Shown here piece after piece: positions 27,795-40,566 of a stretch of DNA of 64,000 nucleotides (position 1 is its first letter; every line of letters begins with the position of its first letter). The stretch is from positions 558,001 to 622,000 of the forward strand of contig MU058241.1 of assembly GCA_013265495.1 (NCBI GenBank), in the 5' to 3' direction. Both the position numbers and the translations under genes were made by a program. The stretch comes from Vicugna vicugna. Lineage: Eukaryota. Under the pieces are notes generated by a model, which made no database searches, had not been told where the DNA came from, and saw nothing but the letters and a program-made list of their open reading frames with translations.

Positions 27795-28475
27795 TAGAAC
27801 TTGTTTTAGAGCAGTTTTAGATTCATAGCCAAATTGAACAGAAAATACAAAGTTTCCATAACCCTCTGCCCTCACACATGCACAGTCTCCCCCATTATCA
27901 GCGTCCCTTCCTAGTGGTCCACTGTCTGCAGCATCCCTTCCTAATGGTCCATCGGCTGCAGCATCCCTTCCTAATGGTCCATCTGCTGCAGCATCCCTTC
28001 CTAATGGTCCATCGGCTGCAGCATCCCTTCCTAATGGTCCATTGGCTGCAGCATCCCTTTCTAATGGTCCATTGGCTGCAGCATCCCTTCCTAGTGGTCC
28101 ACTGTCTGCAGCATCCCTTCCTAATGGTCCATTGGCTGCAGCATCCCTTCCTAGTGGTCCACTGGCTGCACTGATGAACCTTCACTGACACGTGGTAATC
28201 ACCCCATGTCCATTGTCTGCATCAGGTTTCACTCTTACACATTCTCTGGGTTTGGACAAGTATGTAATGACGTATCCACTATGACAGTTTCAGACAGAGT
28301 TGATTCACTGCCTTAAACATCCTCTGTGCTCTGCCTGTCCACCCCTCCCTCCCCGCCACCACTGGTCCTTCTACTGTCTCCATAATTTTGCCTTTTCTAG
28401 AATGCCATAGAGTTGGAATCATACAATATGTAACCTTGGCTTCTTTCAGTTAGTAATATGCACTTAAGTTTCCTA
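27795..28475 (-). mobile_element. L1MC-like 3' UTR, antisense, carrying an internal minisatellite
   Basis: ttttagagcagttttagattcatagccaaattgaacagaaaataca...ttttctagaatgccatagagttggaatcatac; homologous to the reverse complement of about 16040-16480. Confidence 0.85.
27899..28168. repeat. 30-bp minisatellite, 9 copies
   Basis: Unit cagcatcccttcctaRtggtccaYYKKctg repeated 9 times (270 bp). Confidence 0.97.
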
Positions 28476-28856
28476 AGAAATAATTTGGATGAATGTATGG
28501 TTGTGATGACTGAAATCAACTCTTTTATTCCACAATTCCAAAGTAATAGGAAAGTATTCTGGTTTAAAATGAACTCCTGAACTTTAATCCATGCCTTCAT
28601 TTTAAAAATCTTTCATGTAACATGAAAACAATCATTGATTAAGAGTCACAACTAATTATTTGTGGTTTCATAGGGTTGATTTGTAAAATTTAGGTCTGTT
28701 GTGGGTTTTCTGGACCAGTTTTAGGTCACATGTTCTGTCCTGCTGTTGGACACAACATGTTCATGTTCAATGTTGTGTTTCCGAAACTGCAGACTGGTTA
28801 GTCCTTGTGGCTGTTCCATACCATCACCTGCTTATTTTTTTTTTTAAGTAAATTTG

Positions 28857-28947
28857 GAGTGTGGAGGGTATAGTTCAGTGGTTCAGAACATGTTTAGCAT
28901 GCATGAGACCCTGGGTTCAATCCCCAGGTCCTCCATTAAAAAAAAAA
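28857..28947 (+). mobile_element. tRNA-derived SINE (camelid vic-1-like)
   Basis: ggagggtatagttcagtggttcagaacatgtttagcatgcatgagaccctgggttcaatccccagg with A/B boxes and A tail. Confidence 0.8.
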
Positions 28948-29812
28948 CACAGTAAAATCTGTTCTAATTCTTTTTTTTGCTTTTCAGATGGTTATATGTA
29001 GATAACTAATATTCATCTGTCTTTATCCTTCCCCTGTGGGTTGTCTTTGAGTGAAGTGTTTTCTTTTCTTGAAGCTTTTGAAGAATTATTTTTCTTTAAG
29101 GAAAAAAATCAAAAGACTAGAAATGGAGAGATTTTGAAAACGGCATTGAAATAGTGTCTGGGTGCAGTTATTGAACTTATATAAACTCTTTGAAACTTGG
29201 ATTGACTGGCATTCATGTTTGATCTGGTTAAACCAATAAAACACAGGATGTAATCTTTCTATAATTACAAAAGTCCCGCTGTCTGATCCTACCTGGAGGT
29301 TACGATGATGATTCAAGAGGCAAACATCTTTCATGCCTAATGTGCTTTGTGTCTCTATTTTGCTGGCGTTAAGCCAGAGCGAGACTTTATTGCAGATACT
29401 ATGTGTTTTATTTTTGTTGTCAAGTGACTTAACTGGTGAAGGCTATTGTCATCTGACCAACAACTTCCCCCAGGCGAGATGTTGAAACGTACTGGATTCT
29501 TGTATTTTTCCATGGCTCTCCTGCTCAAAGAGCATTCCAGGTGAGCAACATAGGTGGATGGTGCAATGTACATGCACACCTGGCCGAAACACAGTGGCCG
29601 GAGTTAATCGAGGGTTTACAGACATCTTTGGGGCCAACAGGCCGGGTTCTTAGAAGTCCTTTGTAGAGACAAATCAGATTGCAGAGCAGAGATGCTGATT
29701 GACAAAAGCAAAAGCAGAGAAAGAACAGCTGAAAAACCTTGACGTTGGGGGGATTGTTTTAAAGAAAGTAGGAAACCCCGACCTCAAAAAGGAAATAGAG
29801 ACAGATTTGGGA

Positions 29813-29816
<4 letters not shown>

Positions 29817-29848
<32 letters not shown>
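29817..29848. repeat. (TG)n microsatellite
   Basis: About 16 TG units. Confidence 0.95.
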
Positions 29849-29852
<4 letters not shown>

Positions 29853-31949
29853 AAAACTCCATGAGTAAATTCAAAGACAAATGATGCACTGGAAAAATTT
29901 TACAGCGCCAGTTACAGACCAAATGACTATGAAACGTGATTGGTACTAGTAATTGCTACAGTTGCTAAGAAAAGGGTTAACTATCCAAAATAGAGATGAT
30001 AAAATGCATAGACAGTTCACTGGAAAGGAAGTACAGGTGGCCAATCAAAGACGGTTACAGCGCAGATACTACCATTGCCCCCCCAGCACGCTGGCAAACG
30101 CAGGAAGACGGCCACCAGCCGGGGGAAAAAGCGTGACCCTCACCCCTACCCCCACCGCTCCTTTGAGCCGCACTGATAAGATTGAGCCGGTTGAGTGCCG
30201 CACAGAAGAGCTGGGAGATTTTCAGTCCGGGAATCCCCCCTACTCCTCAAAATATTGATAATGGCAAATGCAGTAACATCAATAACCACAATGGCCTTTT
30301 TTTTTTTTTTTTGACATCTGACTCTGTGCCAAACATTTTCCTAAATACTTTACGTGGATTATCTTTTTAATCTTCCCAAGCAAGCTCTAGCATACTATCT
30401 TCAGTAATAAAACCAGAAACGATTACAATCATAATCATCTCACAAGCCTGCTTGCTGTTGTCCCAAAGATTTCTTTCTAAGGACAGCTTTTCATTTTATG
30501 ATTGATGGGAAGTTTTGCTTAAAATGAAATTGCTTCGGTTGTGGAAATGCAATGGTATTAATTCCCAGTAAGATGTATAAACAGCAGACCGGCTTCGTGG
30601 GTATTGGTTTCTCCATGGTGTGGAGGGTGTCTGAGCAGGACGGGGAGCTCTGTGATTCAGGGTGGGGTGGACAGGAGCATTTGCACCTGCTGGGTCACCG
30701 AAGGCAGGCTTCGCTGGATTCGTTGCGTTTTTGCTGTTGAGGTTTGGCCATTTTATCTACCAAGGGAACAAAAGGCAGTTACCCAAGGTGTGCCTTGTAC
30801 AGAGCTGCTCACAGCTCCCATCCTCTGTTTTTCTTTTTAACTCCCTGACATTTACTAAAAAAAAAAAAATGATTTCCAATGATAGGTCAAAATCCACTGT
30901 AAGCTGCTTTCTACATATTTCGCCAGTCTCCTCTCCTCCTCCCCACCCCAGCTCGTGCACTGGATGTGCTGTTTCCTGAGCTTACAGTGTTCAGGGTGGT
31001 CTGGACCAATTACTGCTCTCCTTCCATGATTATAAATCTAGACCTGCCTTCGAAGCCCACGGTCACTCTCGCCCATTGTGTCCCTCGCTGTCCCTCGTTG
31101 TGGTGCTGACGGTTGAGTTAACCAGTAGCTCCGGGATGTGCACATTTCCATCGCCTTCTTTGACTCCCAGTTTCTTAGTGTAAAGTGGGTGCACGAAGCT
31201 TGTGTCGTATGTGGGATGATTGTGGGGTGAGTGTGTCAGACACCACAGCAAGTGCCTGCTACCTAGATGTGGTCAGTCATACAACCTTTGGATGTTGATT
31301 GGTAATAATCTTGTCAAAGGCATACGAGCCCATTAGTCATATTTTTGTTGACCACTCTTGTGGGACAGTCCACAGTTGCCACACCTGCTTTTGCCGCCCC
31401 AGTCAGCCTGGCGTGGCCTTTGCTGGAGGCCATCTCTGTGACAACCAGGAGCTGGTCCTGATGCTAGTGTGAAACTTTCAAGCAAAAAGGAAGCAGGGAA
31501 GCCTGTCACCTGGACCACACTCTATTTCAGGACCTAAGACTCAGATCAAAGAAAATATATATATCCTGTGGGAGGAGGGGGTACGGTGCATCTCTCAGGA
31601 GCAGTGCAGCAGAGGGGGACCTCCAGAGCTCCTGGCCATCGTCCAGGGAGAGAAAGACCTGGAAGGGAAAAGGTGGAAGCTGCCCCAGAGCAAGGAGCAG
31701 GCCCCTCTGACCTGACTCAAGGAGGCACAAGGTCCTTAGACTGTGACCTTAGTGAAAAAGCTCTTCAGGAGCTGGCCCTTGTGACTTTTGTGTATGTGAT
31801 TTATGTATCAATTAACTTCTTACAGGAATACTTTTAAGAAGATATATTGTACGTTGAACATTCTTTTTCCTTAACTGCAAACAAAGCTGCTGATATTCTT
31901 AAAACTGAAAGTTTATGTTAGCCACTATATGTAAAAATAGATTTTAAAA

Positions 31950-32114
31950 AGTTTCTTGTATATAGCACAGGGAACTATGCTCAGAATCTTGTAATTGCCT
32001 TTAATGGAAAAAAATATGAAAACAAATATAGGTATGTATATGCAAGACTGGGGCATTGTACTATATCCAGAAATTGACACAATGTAACTGACTACTTCAA
32101 TTGAAAAAAAAAAA
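31950..32114 (+). mobile_element. L1 3' UTR tip with polyA
   Basis: tatagcacagggaactatgctcagaatcttgtaat...gaaattgacacaatgtaactgactacttcaattgaaaaaaaaaaa; similar to 15005-15160. Confidence 0.8.
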
Positions 32115-32379
32115 GGAAATGTAGGTGTTCAAACATGGGAAACAGACTACTTTATCTCATACTCAACCTCAAACTTCAAAAAAACAGGAGGCTACAACAT
32201 TTAATTATGGGGTGACGGTTTCTACTATCTCGACTAACCACCCCGTCCTTGCACAGTCTGATGTAATACATGACAGCCCACCCATCACCAAAGTTTTAGT
32301 CATGGGGCGACAAGTTTCATGCAGAAATTCAGTACTTGGCTAATGAGTCATAGCCCTCGTACGTGGTACATGTTGACTA

Positions 32380-32585
32380 ACTGTCAAGCTGTGCTAAATG
32401 GTCTGCATAATATTCTCCCACTTTGTTATCCTACTGACCCCATGCAGGAGATAGTGTCATTATGTTTACAGACGGATGAACTGAGGCACAGGGCTGCTGA
32501 GTCCCTTGTCCAGAGTCACACATCCAGGGAAAGGGAAAGAGAAGCCTTTCCCATGGGATCTGACTTCCAGCCTCAAACTCTTCCA
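32380..32585 (-). mobile_element. MIR
   Basis: tttacagacggatgaactgaggcacagggctgctgagtcccttgtccagagtcaca. Confidence 0.7.
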
Positions 32586-32742
32586 TTAGAAGCACATTTT
32601 CTATTTTAGGAACAAAGACATATCAGGATGGCAAAATCAATCTTTCCTTAATGCAAATATTTTAAAATTATATTCATACACATGGGGGTATATAGTTTTC
32701 AAATAGAAAATTGAGTCGATATATTTCTTTTTCTTTTTGCAG

Positions 32743-32790
32743 AACAATGGTTCCCTGGTTTGGTGCCAGAATCACAAGCAATGTTCTAAG
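32743..32790 (+). CDS. ANOS1: Anosmin-1 coding exon 2 (48 nt, phase 0-0), [16 protein letters not shown]
   Basis: Acceptor ttttgcAG|AAC and donor AAG|GTATGT; continues exon 1 in frame ([19 protein letters not shown]), as in anosmin-1; includes an N-G-S sequon. Confidence 0.97.
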
Positions 32791-32814
32791 GTATGTTCCC
32801 TACAACTGTCAGTA

Positions 32815-33060
32815 TTTTAAAAATCTTTTAATTTTGGAGCAACTATAGAGTCACAGGAAGTTGCAAAGTTAGTACAGAGAAATCACATGCACTCTTCACC
32901 CCGTTCCCAGCAGGGGTTACACTTTATGTATTTGTAGAACAGTATCAAAAGCAAAGATTGAGATTGGTATAATGTATGTAGATAGTTCTGTGAGGTTTTA
33001 CCACATGTGTAGGTTCAGTTCGTGTAACCAGCACTGCAGTCAGGCTACACGTGTCATTAT
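32815..33060 (-). mobile_element. Old L1 3' UTR fragment (L1MD/ME-like)
   Basis: attttggagcaactatagagtcacaggaagttgcaaagttagtacagaga. Confidence 0.65.
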
Positions 33061-33369
33061 TTCCATACCCTCCCTTGTTTCTCTCCTTATTCTGTAATTT
33101 TTTTAATTAAAAAATTTTTAAGGAGAAAACATCTTCTGGTTAGACTAGAAGGTTTAGTGCAGTCTGCTTACACGTGAGTTATTTTGTATGTTTATTTTGT
33201 TTGTGTGTAGGAATTGCTGGTTAAATAATTTGATTCTTTAAGCAGTTTCTTTTCCATTTTGACTGTTTCTTGTTGCATATGCATGCTCTAAAGTAGTCAC
33301 TATATTTATTCGTATACTTAATAGCATAAATTTCTTACCTCAGTCCCCAAACACCAAAACACTTAAAAA

Positions 33370-33391
33370 GTGTGTGTGTGTGTGTGTGTGT
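33370..33391. repeat. (GT)n microsatellite
   Basis: About 11 GT units. Confidence 0.9.
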
Positions 33392-34914
33392 AGCTCTAGT
33401 CCGAAGTAGGTTTTATATTCAGATTATATAAGTGAATAAAGTTTAAACTTGCTATGAATATTGGAGCACTTGGGGATCTTAACGGTGTCTGATGAGATTC
33501 CCTTCATGGATATTTCTATTGAACTGAAAATTGAAGCATTCCTTTATTTTACAACCAAAATTTCATCAGAGTGTTCATACACAATATATGAAATAGCATA
33601 TGTATGAAGGACCTTATTTTGAAAGATCTTTCACATTATCTCAAAGTAGATGGTTGAAGAACGTTTTTTCTACAATTTAGAACTTTATCGCAGTGATACA
33701 TTCTGACATTTATGCATGTGTTGTGTCATTTAATCCACATGACTGTTACTAAAAACAGAACAGAATTACTATGTGAATGTGAAATAACTTGGTGAAAATA
33801 AGTTTTGCTCAGTTCTGGCTCTTTAGATCCTGGGCAGAGACAAAATGTCTGGTTTATGATCCTTTTGCTCTTTTTATATAATATCATAGGCGTTTGCTCT
33901 GATAAGGCATTTTCTGGTATCTGTTACATTGTTCATCTGATGTTTGGGTAATTTGTTTGGGTCATCGCTGCAGGAAAGGACACATATATGTGTATGTAGG
34001 ACTATAAGGCTGACTAAATTTCATGAGTAGTGTTTCTGTGCAGTTTAGTTAGTTGGATGTTACATGGATGGTAATTTGTTGTATCAGTGTTACTTGTCAT
34101 AAGCATCCCTTTGTCCTGGCCCAGCAAGAAATTAACTAATCCTGTTTTGCGCACTTGAAATGTGAATGGAAAGAGGTTCATTGGAACTGCTTTTATAGAA
34201 TATCCTAATTAAAGGAAATTGCAGCTCTAGGGAATACAGATTGTGAAACCGTATTTTATAATTGAATGATCCAGGCTGACATGAGAGACTGAATTTCACA
34301 AGAAAAGGAATCAATTCCTTTTGCCTGAAAGCAAAAGTGAATCAATAAGTCACAGCTAACTGCAAGAGAGACTCTGGAATATTTTACAAAACTGACATAA
34401 ATTTAAAGGTTGTCTTTAGCCTGGGTCTTCGGGAATGAATCTTACATGTTAATCACAGTTTATCTCCTTTGGACATTATCCATACTGGATATATTTGTAG
34501 GTAATTCGAGTTTGTATTTGCTTGGAGATTTGTGAAGCTTTTTTGCAGGCTTTTCCTCTTGATCTTTAGGTTAATCGGGTGAGTGGTGAGCGATGGTAAC
34601 TCCATTTTACAGATGGGGAAATTCAGGCACATACACATTTGACACTGGTCCTGGAGTCACTCAGCAGACTGCTGGAGGTGAACTCCAGTTTAGAATGACG
34701 CCCCCTACGCTGTGTTGTAGAGAGATCAACAACTTGGAAAATCAGTGAGAAGACTGCGTCAGTGAAGTGAAAAAACAAACCATCAAATCAAGAAGCAATG
34801 TTGATGATACAGTTTTCTGAATGTATGTTAAAGTGCATGTTTTCTGAATATATGTTACATAGCATTTTATAGGACTTTTTAATTAGCCTTGGTGAAGTTT
34901 GCAAAGCCCATCAC

Positions 34915-35540
34915 CTTCAGAATCCTCCAGAATAGAGTCTCTTCTTCCCATCTGACTGCCTCCCATGTCCAGTCTGCCATCATCTCTTGCCTGGACCAAT
35001 CCAGGAGCATCCTCTTGGGTCTCTCAGCTTCAACTCTACCCATGGGGGTGCTGGCAAGACCCTTTGAACACATTAGCTGATTCCTGCTGCGATCCGCCTC
35101 ACATCTTTTAATATCTTCCCGTCTTTCTCAGTCTGAGGCATCGGTCCTGTCTTGTCCGCCTGTGCTCCATGTCCACTCTTCTCCTTGTCTCTGCCCTGTC
35201 AAGGCTGCTTTTTCCTCTACCCAGAAGGCGCCTTCCGCAGAGTTGTCCTGCTCACCGCCACTCCCCCCACCCGTTCACGTCTCAGCACAGTTGTCACCTC
35301 AGCCTTGCCTTCCCAGATCCCCCTCCCACCCTCTTACATGCGTCATCATCCCCATGACCCCCCGCACAACATTACTGACTTAGTCCTTTATCTCTGAGAG
35401 TCTGCCTCCTTCACCAGAAAGCGAGCTCCCGGGGGCACTGACTTCGTACTCCTTGTTCATTGCGGTCTCTTCAGAGTGTAGAACGCTGTTTGGCACAGAG
35501 TAGTTGCCAACAGCTATTTGTAAATGAATCCATGAGTGAA
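34915..35540. mobile_element. L2 fragment
   Basis: gccatcatctcttgcctggacc...tagaacgctgtttggcacagagtagttgccaacagctatttgtaaatgaat. Confidence 0.7.
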
Positions 35541-35758
35541 ACCTGTTCATTACATTTTTTTCTCCCCCCAAAGGACGTCATGACCCTAGTACCTTCAGGA
35601 AGAAAGTTACGATCCATTTCGTGTCTGTGCCTCTTAACACGATGATGTATGATGAATTAGGAAAATCAACACCTTTCTCCTGTAGTGAAGGCAGCACTGT
35701 GAAGTCAGGGGCTTAGATGACGGAGAGCAGCGACTTCCTGCCCAGCATCCCTTTAGGC

Positions 35759-35975
35759 CAGTGCTTCTTAACCTGGGGCCATGTTGTTCCCAAGGGGGAC
35801 ATTGAGCGACGGCAGGAGGCATTTTTGGTTGTCACTGTCAGTGGTGGGAACCTACTAGCATCTCACGGGTGGAGGTCGGGGTGGTGACAAAAAACTACAA
35901 TGCACAGGACACCCTCACGGTGAAGAGTTTTCTGGCTCCAAGTTCACCGGGGCCGAGGGAGGCTGAGAAACCCTG
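35759..35975. mobile_element. MER20-like hAT MITE (opposite orientation to the 13609 copy)
   Basis: cagtgcttcttaacctgggg...gggggacatt...ggctgagaaaccctg. Confidence 0.8.
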
Positions 35976-36144
35976 ATCTGTGCATTTTGAGAGTTAGAAA
36001 AGAATTTAAGAACACAGTCCTAAGTCTCAGTAGTTTTGCTTTATTATATGAAGGAAAACAAACATACAGTTTATTGAGCATGTGGTATGCACCAAACACC
36101 TTTGAAGAAACTCTATATGTAAGGAACCCTAATTCTCATCATAT

Positions 36145-36458
36145 ACAATTTCTGTAAAAGACCAGATAGTAAGTATTTTCATCTTTGTAGCCCATTAAGT
36201 CTCTGTGGCAACTCCTCAAGTCGTCCACTGTAGCGTGAAGTCAGTGATGGATAATACGTAAACCAAGGAATGTGCCTGTGGTCCAATAAAACTTTATTCA
36301 TGGACACTGAAATTTGAATTGCATAGAATTTCACATCATGACATTTCATTACTTTTCCCCAACCAGTTAAAAATGTAAGAACTGTTCTCCGCTCACTGGT
36401 GATGCAGAAACAGGTGCTGGGCTGGATTTGCCCATTTGCCATGGTTTGCCAATCTCTC
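36145..36458. mobile_element. MER58-like hAT MITE
   Basis: ttctgtaaaagaccagatagtaagtatttt...gtccaataaaactttatt...ggctggatttgccc...ggtttgccaa. Confidence 0.8.
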
Positions 36459-37916
36459 TTCTGTGCCTTGCATTCACATATGCAAGACCAAACAAAAACA
36501 AAATAGTAAAATTGGGTCGGTCTCTCAATATAAAGGCATGTCTTGATGTATTCAAACTAAAAAATGGGTAGCTTCTAAGATCATGTACGGAACATTGGTG
36601 GTCAGCACGCGAGGATTTGTTGAATGAATGAATGGTAAACAATAGAAGGAAAATGTCGAGCATGTCACAATTAATTTTTGAAAGTTCAGTATTAAAATGT
36701 GATTATTAAAGCCAGTAAAAATTGTAAAAGACTTCCAAGTGGGCAGGTGAGAGATGACTGGATGGACTCTGTGTGGCGCTCCTCCAGGTCACCTCCATTG
36801 TCCGTCATCTTTGAGCTGTTCTCTTTCTCTGTAAATGGTAGAAGGCTGATGATAATGCAGACGATTCTTGTCCATGGAAATGCAGATGACTGTGTCCCAT
36901 GGAATGCAATTGATGCAGACCCCGTGAATAGACCGTTTTGCATCTGTTTGTAACTGCATCCTAGCATTCCTTCTCGTGTGCGAACATATTTGTATTTGGG
37001 TTTCCTCTCTGAACCGAATGTAACTTACTACTGGTTCTTGCAGTATTTCACAAGTTAAACCAAATCTTTGGCACTTGTTCATTCTAGATTTGCATGAGAG
37101 TCACGCATTTACTGAATAGAGATGTGTCTCCTTTGACCTTGCGCTCAGTTACCTTTTTGCACCTGCACCTAAGAGTGGCACTCCTGGTGACACCCACCCA
37201 TGTCTGCGGAGCACGTGTGCTCATCCTTCTCCTTTGGGACGTTGTAACTCACTTGACTGTTGTTTCCCAATTAGTTGTGAGGATTTGTGTTGAAAAGCAG
37301 TAATTCAGGGCTCAGTCTTGGAGCAGTGGCATGCTGCTTTGATCTCAGTGGGAGTGCAGTTCTTGTAAGGGCTGTAACTCCAAATTCTTAGTCATTTTCC
37401 AGGTTGTTTTTAGAGCCACATTTAGAGGTGAGGAAGATAGGTTTTGTTTGCGTGAACATCTGGATGGCTTCATTTGACTTCTGTGAAATGTATTGGATAA
37501 AGGTCAAACCTCTGGAACGTAACCGAATGTGACTGTTGAAGGTTTTTGTTTTGTATTAGATGCTCTCTGTGATTTATGTGGTAATGACTGTAAACCCACA
37601 GAGCCCCGAGAAAACAGATCTTAAGGAAGAAAATGAGAACTCTGGCACACGTGGAAATGCGCTAGGTCTAAATGCCTAAAAACCAAAGTTGAGGTCTTTA
37701 TTTCTTTGCAATAATAATAAACAACAGATTGAAATTTCAGATGTTTTATATACTTTAAGACACTCAAAGCCTATTGTAATACTTACTGCATTAAATCTCT
37801 ATTGTAATACTTAATATTCACAGTTTTCCCTGACTTTGTTTTATCATCTTCAAGGGCAGGGTTGATCTATAATGAGACTCTCTTGTCCAGCGTTATTGAT
37901 ATCTTTTGGGAGTTAC

Positions 37917-38385
37917 TGCCAACTAAAAATTGGCACTTGACATCTGCCTCTACAAGGATTAAATCACGAGCTGCTGCAGCCGCTGACCTCAGACACCCCC
38001 TGAAAGGAGTTCAGGGCGGAGATGAGGAACGAGGCGCTCTGTGCTCTGGGAAAAACTGGCTGGACAGGCCTTCAGATAGTTAGATATTTTGAGAAGATTT
38101 TGTGAGCCCAGATTCCTGCATCTTCTCATATGTAGAAAAGCACTAAAATCATTCATGGTGACATCTCCTCGCGAGTAGCCGCAAGCCTCTGCCTCAGTGT
38201 GTGTTTTGCTGCATGTCACCCCCTTCACTGAAACCACATATAATAGTGACATTCCCCTGTACCTACCTCTCTGGAGCAGTTCCTCAGAGCTCTCTGAGTG
38301 CTGTCTCCCAGGCTCTAGTCCTCATTTTGCTCCAAGTAAAACTTAACTCAGAAGTCTCACGGTGTGTGTCCTTTTTCAGTCGACA
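37917..38385 (+). mobile_element. Solo ERV LTR
   Basis: TG...CA termini (tgccaactaaaa ... ttcagtcgaca), agtaaa polyA-signal variant near the 3' end, 4-bp flanks ttac/tgac. Confidence 0.7.
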
Positions 38386-40566
38386 TGACCAATTATTTCA
38401 TAGGCAGCGCACCCCTGACAGTGATGGCCAAGAGAAGGTGTAGCTTTGTACCACCGGAAGAGTACAGAACTTCTCACATGTTATCATTAATTCCCTTTAT
38501 TTTGGATGCCAGTGTTACTATTTCTGTAAGTAAAGATCGTCACATTATTTCTAAGCAAGTGGGACGTGATAATCTGGAAAGAGAAGAGAAGAATATTCTA
38601 TTTCCTTAAGCCAGTGGTGGACTTGCAGTTTGTATGGGATGCATATGAAAAGAAATGTTTGGGTGTGTAGGAGTTTGGCTCATGTTCTTTTGGAAAAGCC
38701 GTTTATGGGTGCAGCGTTGTGACAGCATGTTGAGTAAGCATTATTGAGTGTGTATGTGTTGGACTGTCCTGTAACATGCCAGGAAAAGCTTTACTGTAAC
38801 TACCCCAAGGACCATTAGGCGCTTTAGTGCTGACCCAGAGATGGAGTCTCTCCTCAGGCACACCTGAGCCCTTGGATTTCCCAGTCGCCGTGCGGTTGAA
38901 AAATCAAATAATCGGCAAGTTCGAGTTAGGGCTGGATGTGCAGCTTCATTCTCAGGACTCCATCCAGTGTCGCTGTCAGGGAGCATTCAAGCAAATGTCA
39001 TCTCTCAGGTAAAGGCAGACGTGGCAAAAAAAAAGGATGTGAGAGTATGTGAAACAGAAAAACCGAAAGAACCTGTCCATGGGGCAGCTACGTACACACC
39101 TTGTTTCAGAACTTCCTTCCTTCAGTGGTAAGTGCTGGGATTCAGAGGAAGGCGAGCCATTGACTGTACCCAGGAGAGGTCTGCGACGCCTCCTTCCGGC
39201 CCCAGCCTGGGGGACGCGGGCGCTCGGCTCTAATTGGAGCCTCCAGCCTGAATTTTGCTTTCCCTCGCTCTGTCATTCTTATGGTAAGTGTTTTCTGCCT
39301 TCACGCTGGGAACTTTTATCAGACATATTAGCGTGCTTTGGGGCGATCATTAGCCTGCAGTCACTGGAACATTGCAGGCTTTTCTAGCCTAGAAACTAGG
39401 CTGTGTGCTGAAATAACACACAGAACTTCCTGCCAGGCTCACAGCACAGTCAGCAATTCAGGAAAAGAACAGATGCGTATTTGGATTTAAATCCAACACG
39501 TGACATGTGAACAGCCCCACGTGCTTTTGATTTTCCGTAGCAATTTTTACGGCTGTGAAAGTCTTCCACCTGCTGTAAACTTCAAAGCAAAGCCACGCGG
39601 AGGAGAGAACGCACCTCCGTGGAAGTCCTTAGCCTCACCTCTTCCCGGTGATCTATCCTCCCATCTCATGAAAGAACATGGAAACGGAATGTCTTAAGTG
39701 TGGTTCGCGACAGAGGAAGGATTCCTGAAAGCCGGCTTTAGAAAGGGAATCTGTTTCGAACATGTGAAAAACGTCTCCGTCAGGACGTGTTCCATGCTGA
39801 TTGTGGGCTGACAGATGTGTTGATGTTGTCGTGCATTCATCAGAAGGCACACGGAGGCGCTCCGACTGTTTGAAGATGCTGGCTTCGATCTGGCGACCAG
39901 CAAAGAGCACCAGTGCTGACTGCGGAAGAGGAGGGTTATGTTCTAGAAAGGAGACCACATTGGATTTTAGTAGCTGGGAGGGAGAATTTGTGGGCACTGA
40001 ATATGTCACTGGGCTGGGTTGCCCTCCCTCCTCCAAGCATGGTCCCTGTCAAAATAGTCTCGACCGAAGGGAAGACGCTCCCTTGAATTGACGGGGTCAC
40101 CATTTGCTTTTCTCTCCCTGTGATTCTGACTGCATCCTGTTGGCAGTCCTTGACATGAGGGTCAACTTGTCCTGCCTACTCACACACAGGAATTCCTCTT
40201 GGGAGCCTGATTTGTGTTGGGACATAGTCTGTCTTAGAAACATTATTTCTGTTTTTAAGAGAGCAGTTACTATAGGAACAGGAATCCAGGTATTCATTTC
40301 AACTTGGCTTTTTATTAACTGGGGGCACTGGGAGGTAGTCTTGCTACCTAATTTGCCTGAAGGAGGAATACAGGCTAATTATTGGGAAAATTAATTCTCC
40401 TTTCTTACAGGAGTTCTCAATTTCCTCTCTTTGATGTAGAAGAACTTCCCTCACCCTGTAAACAAACATGTTAAACTACCTTAATATGTTTGTTTTGCAA
40501 CTGTTTGGGGTGAGAGAACTTTCTTGTACGACTCATTGCTCAAAGCACGATGTTCTTTGGGTCATG

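Noticed and set aside
27878..28191. Repetitive ORFs (LQHPFLMVH / WTIRKGCCS) or a CRISPR-like array
   Set aside because: Head-to-tail 30-bp minisatellite without unique spacers, in a mammalian intron
16040..28475. Oppositely oriented L1MC copies (and MER20 copies) as a long-range RNA duplex
   Set aside because: Old, independently diverged copies more than 11 kb apart; too mismatched for a stable stem compared with the 2719-4515 repeat
28857..28947. tRNA gene
   Set aside because: A/B boxes present, but no intact cloverleaf and it ends in an A tail; it is a SINE
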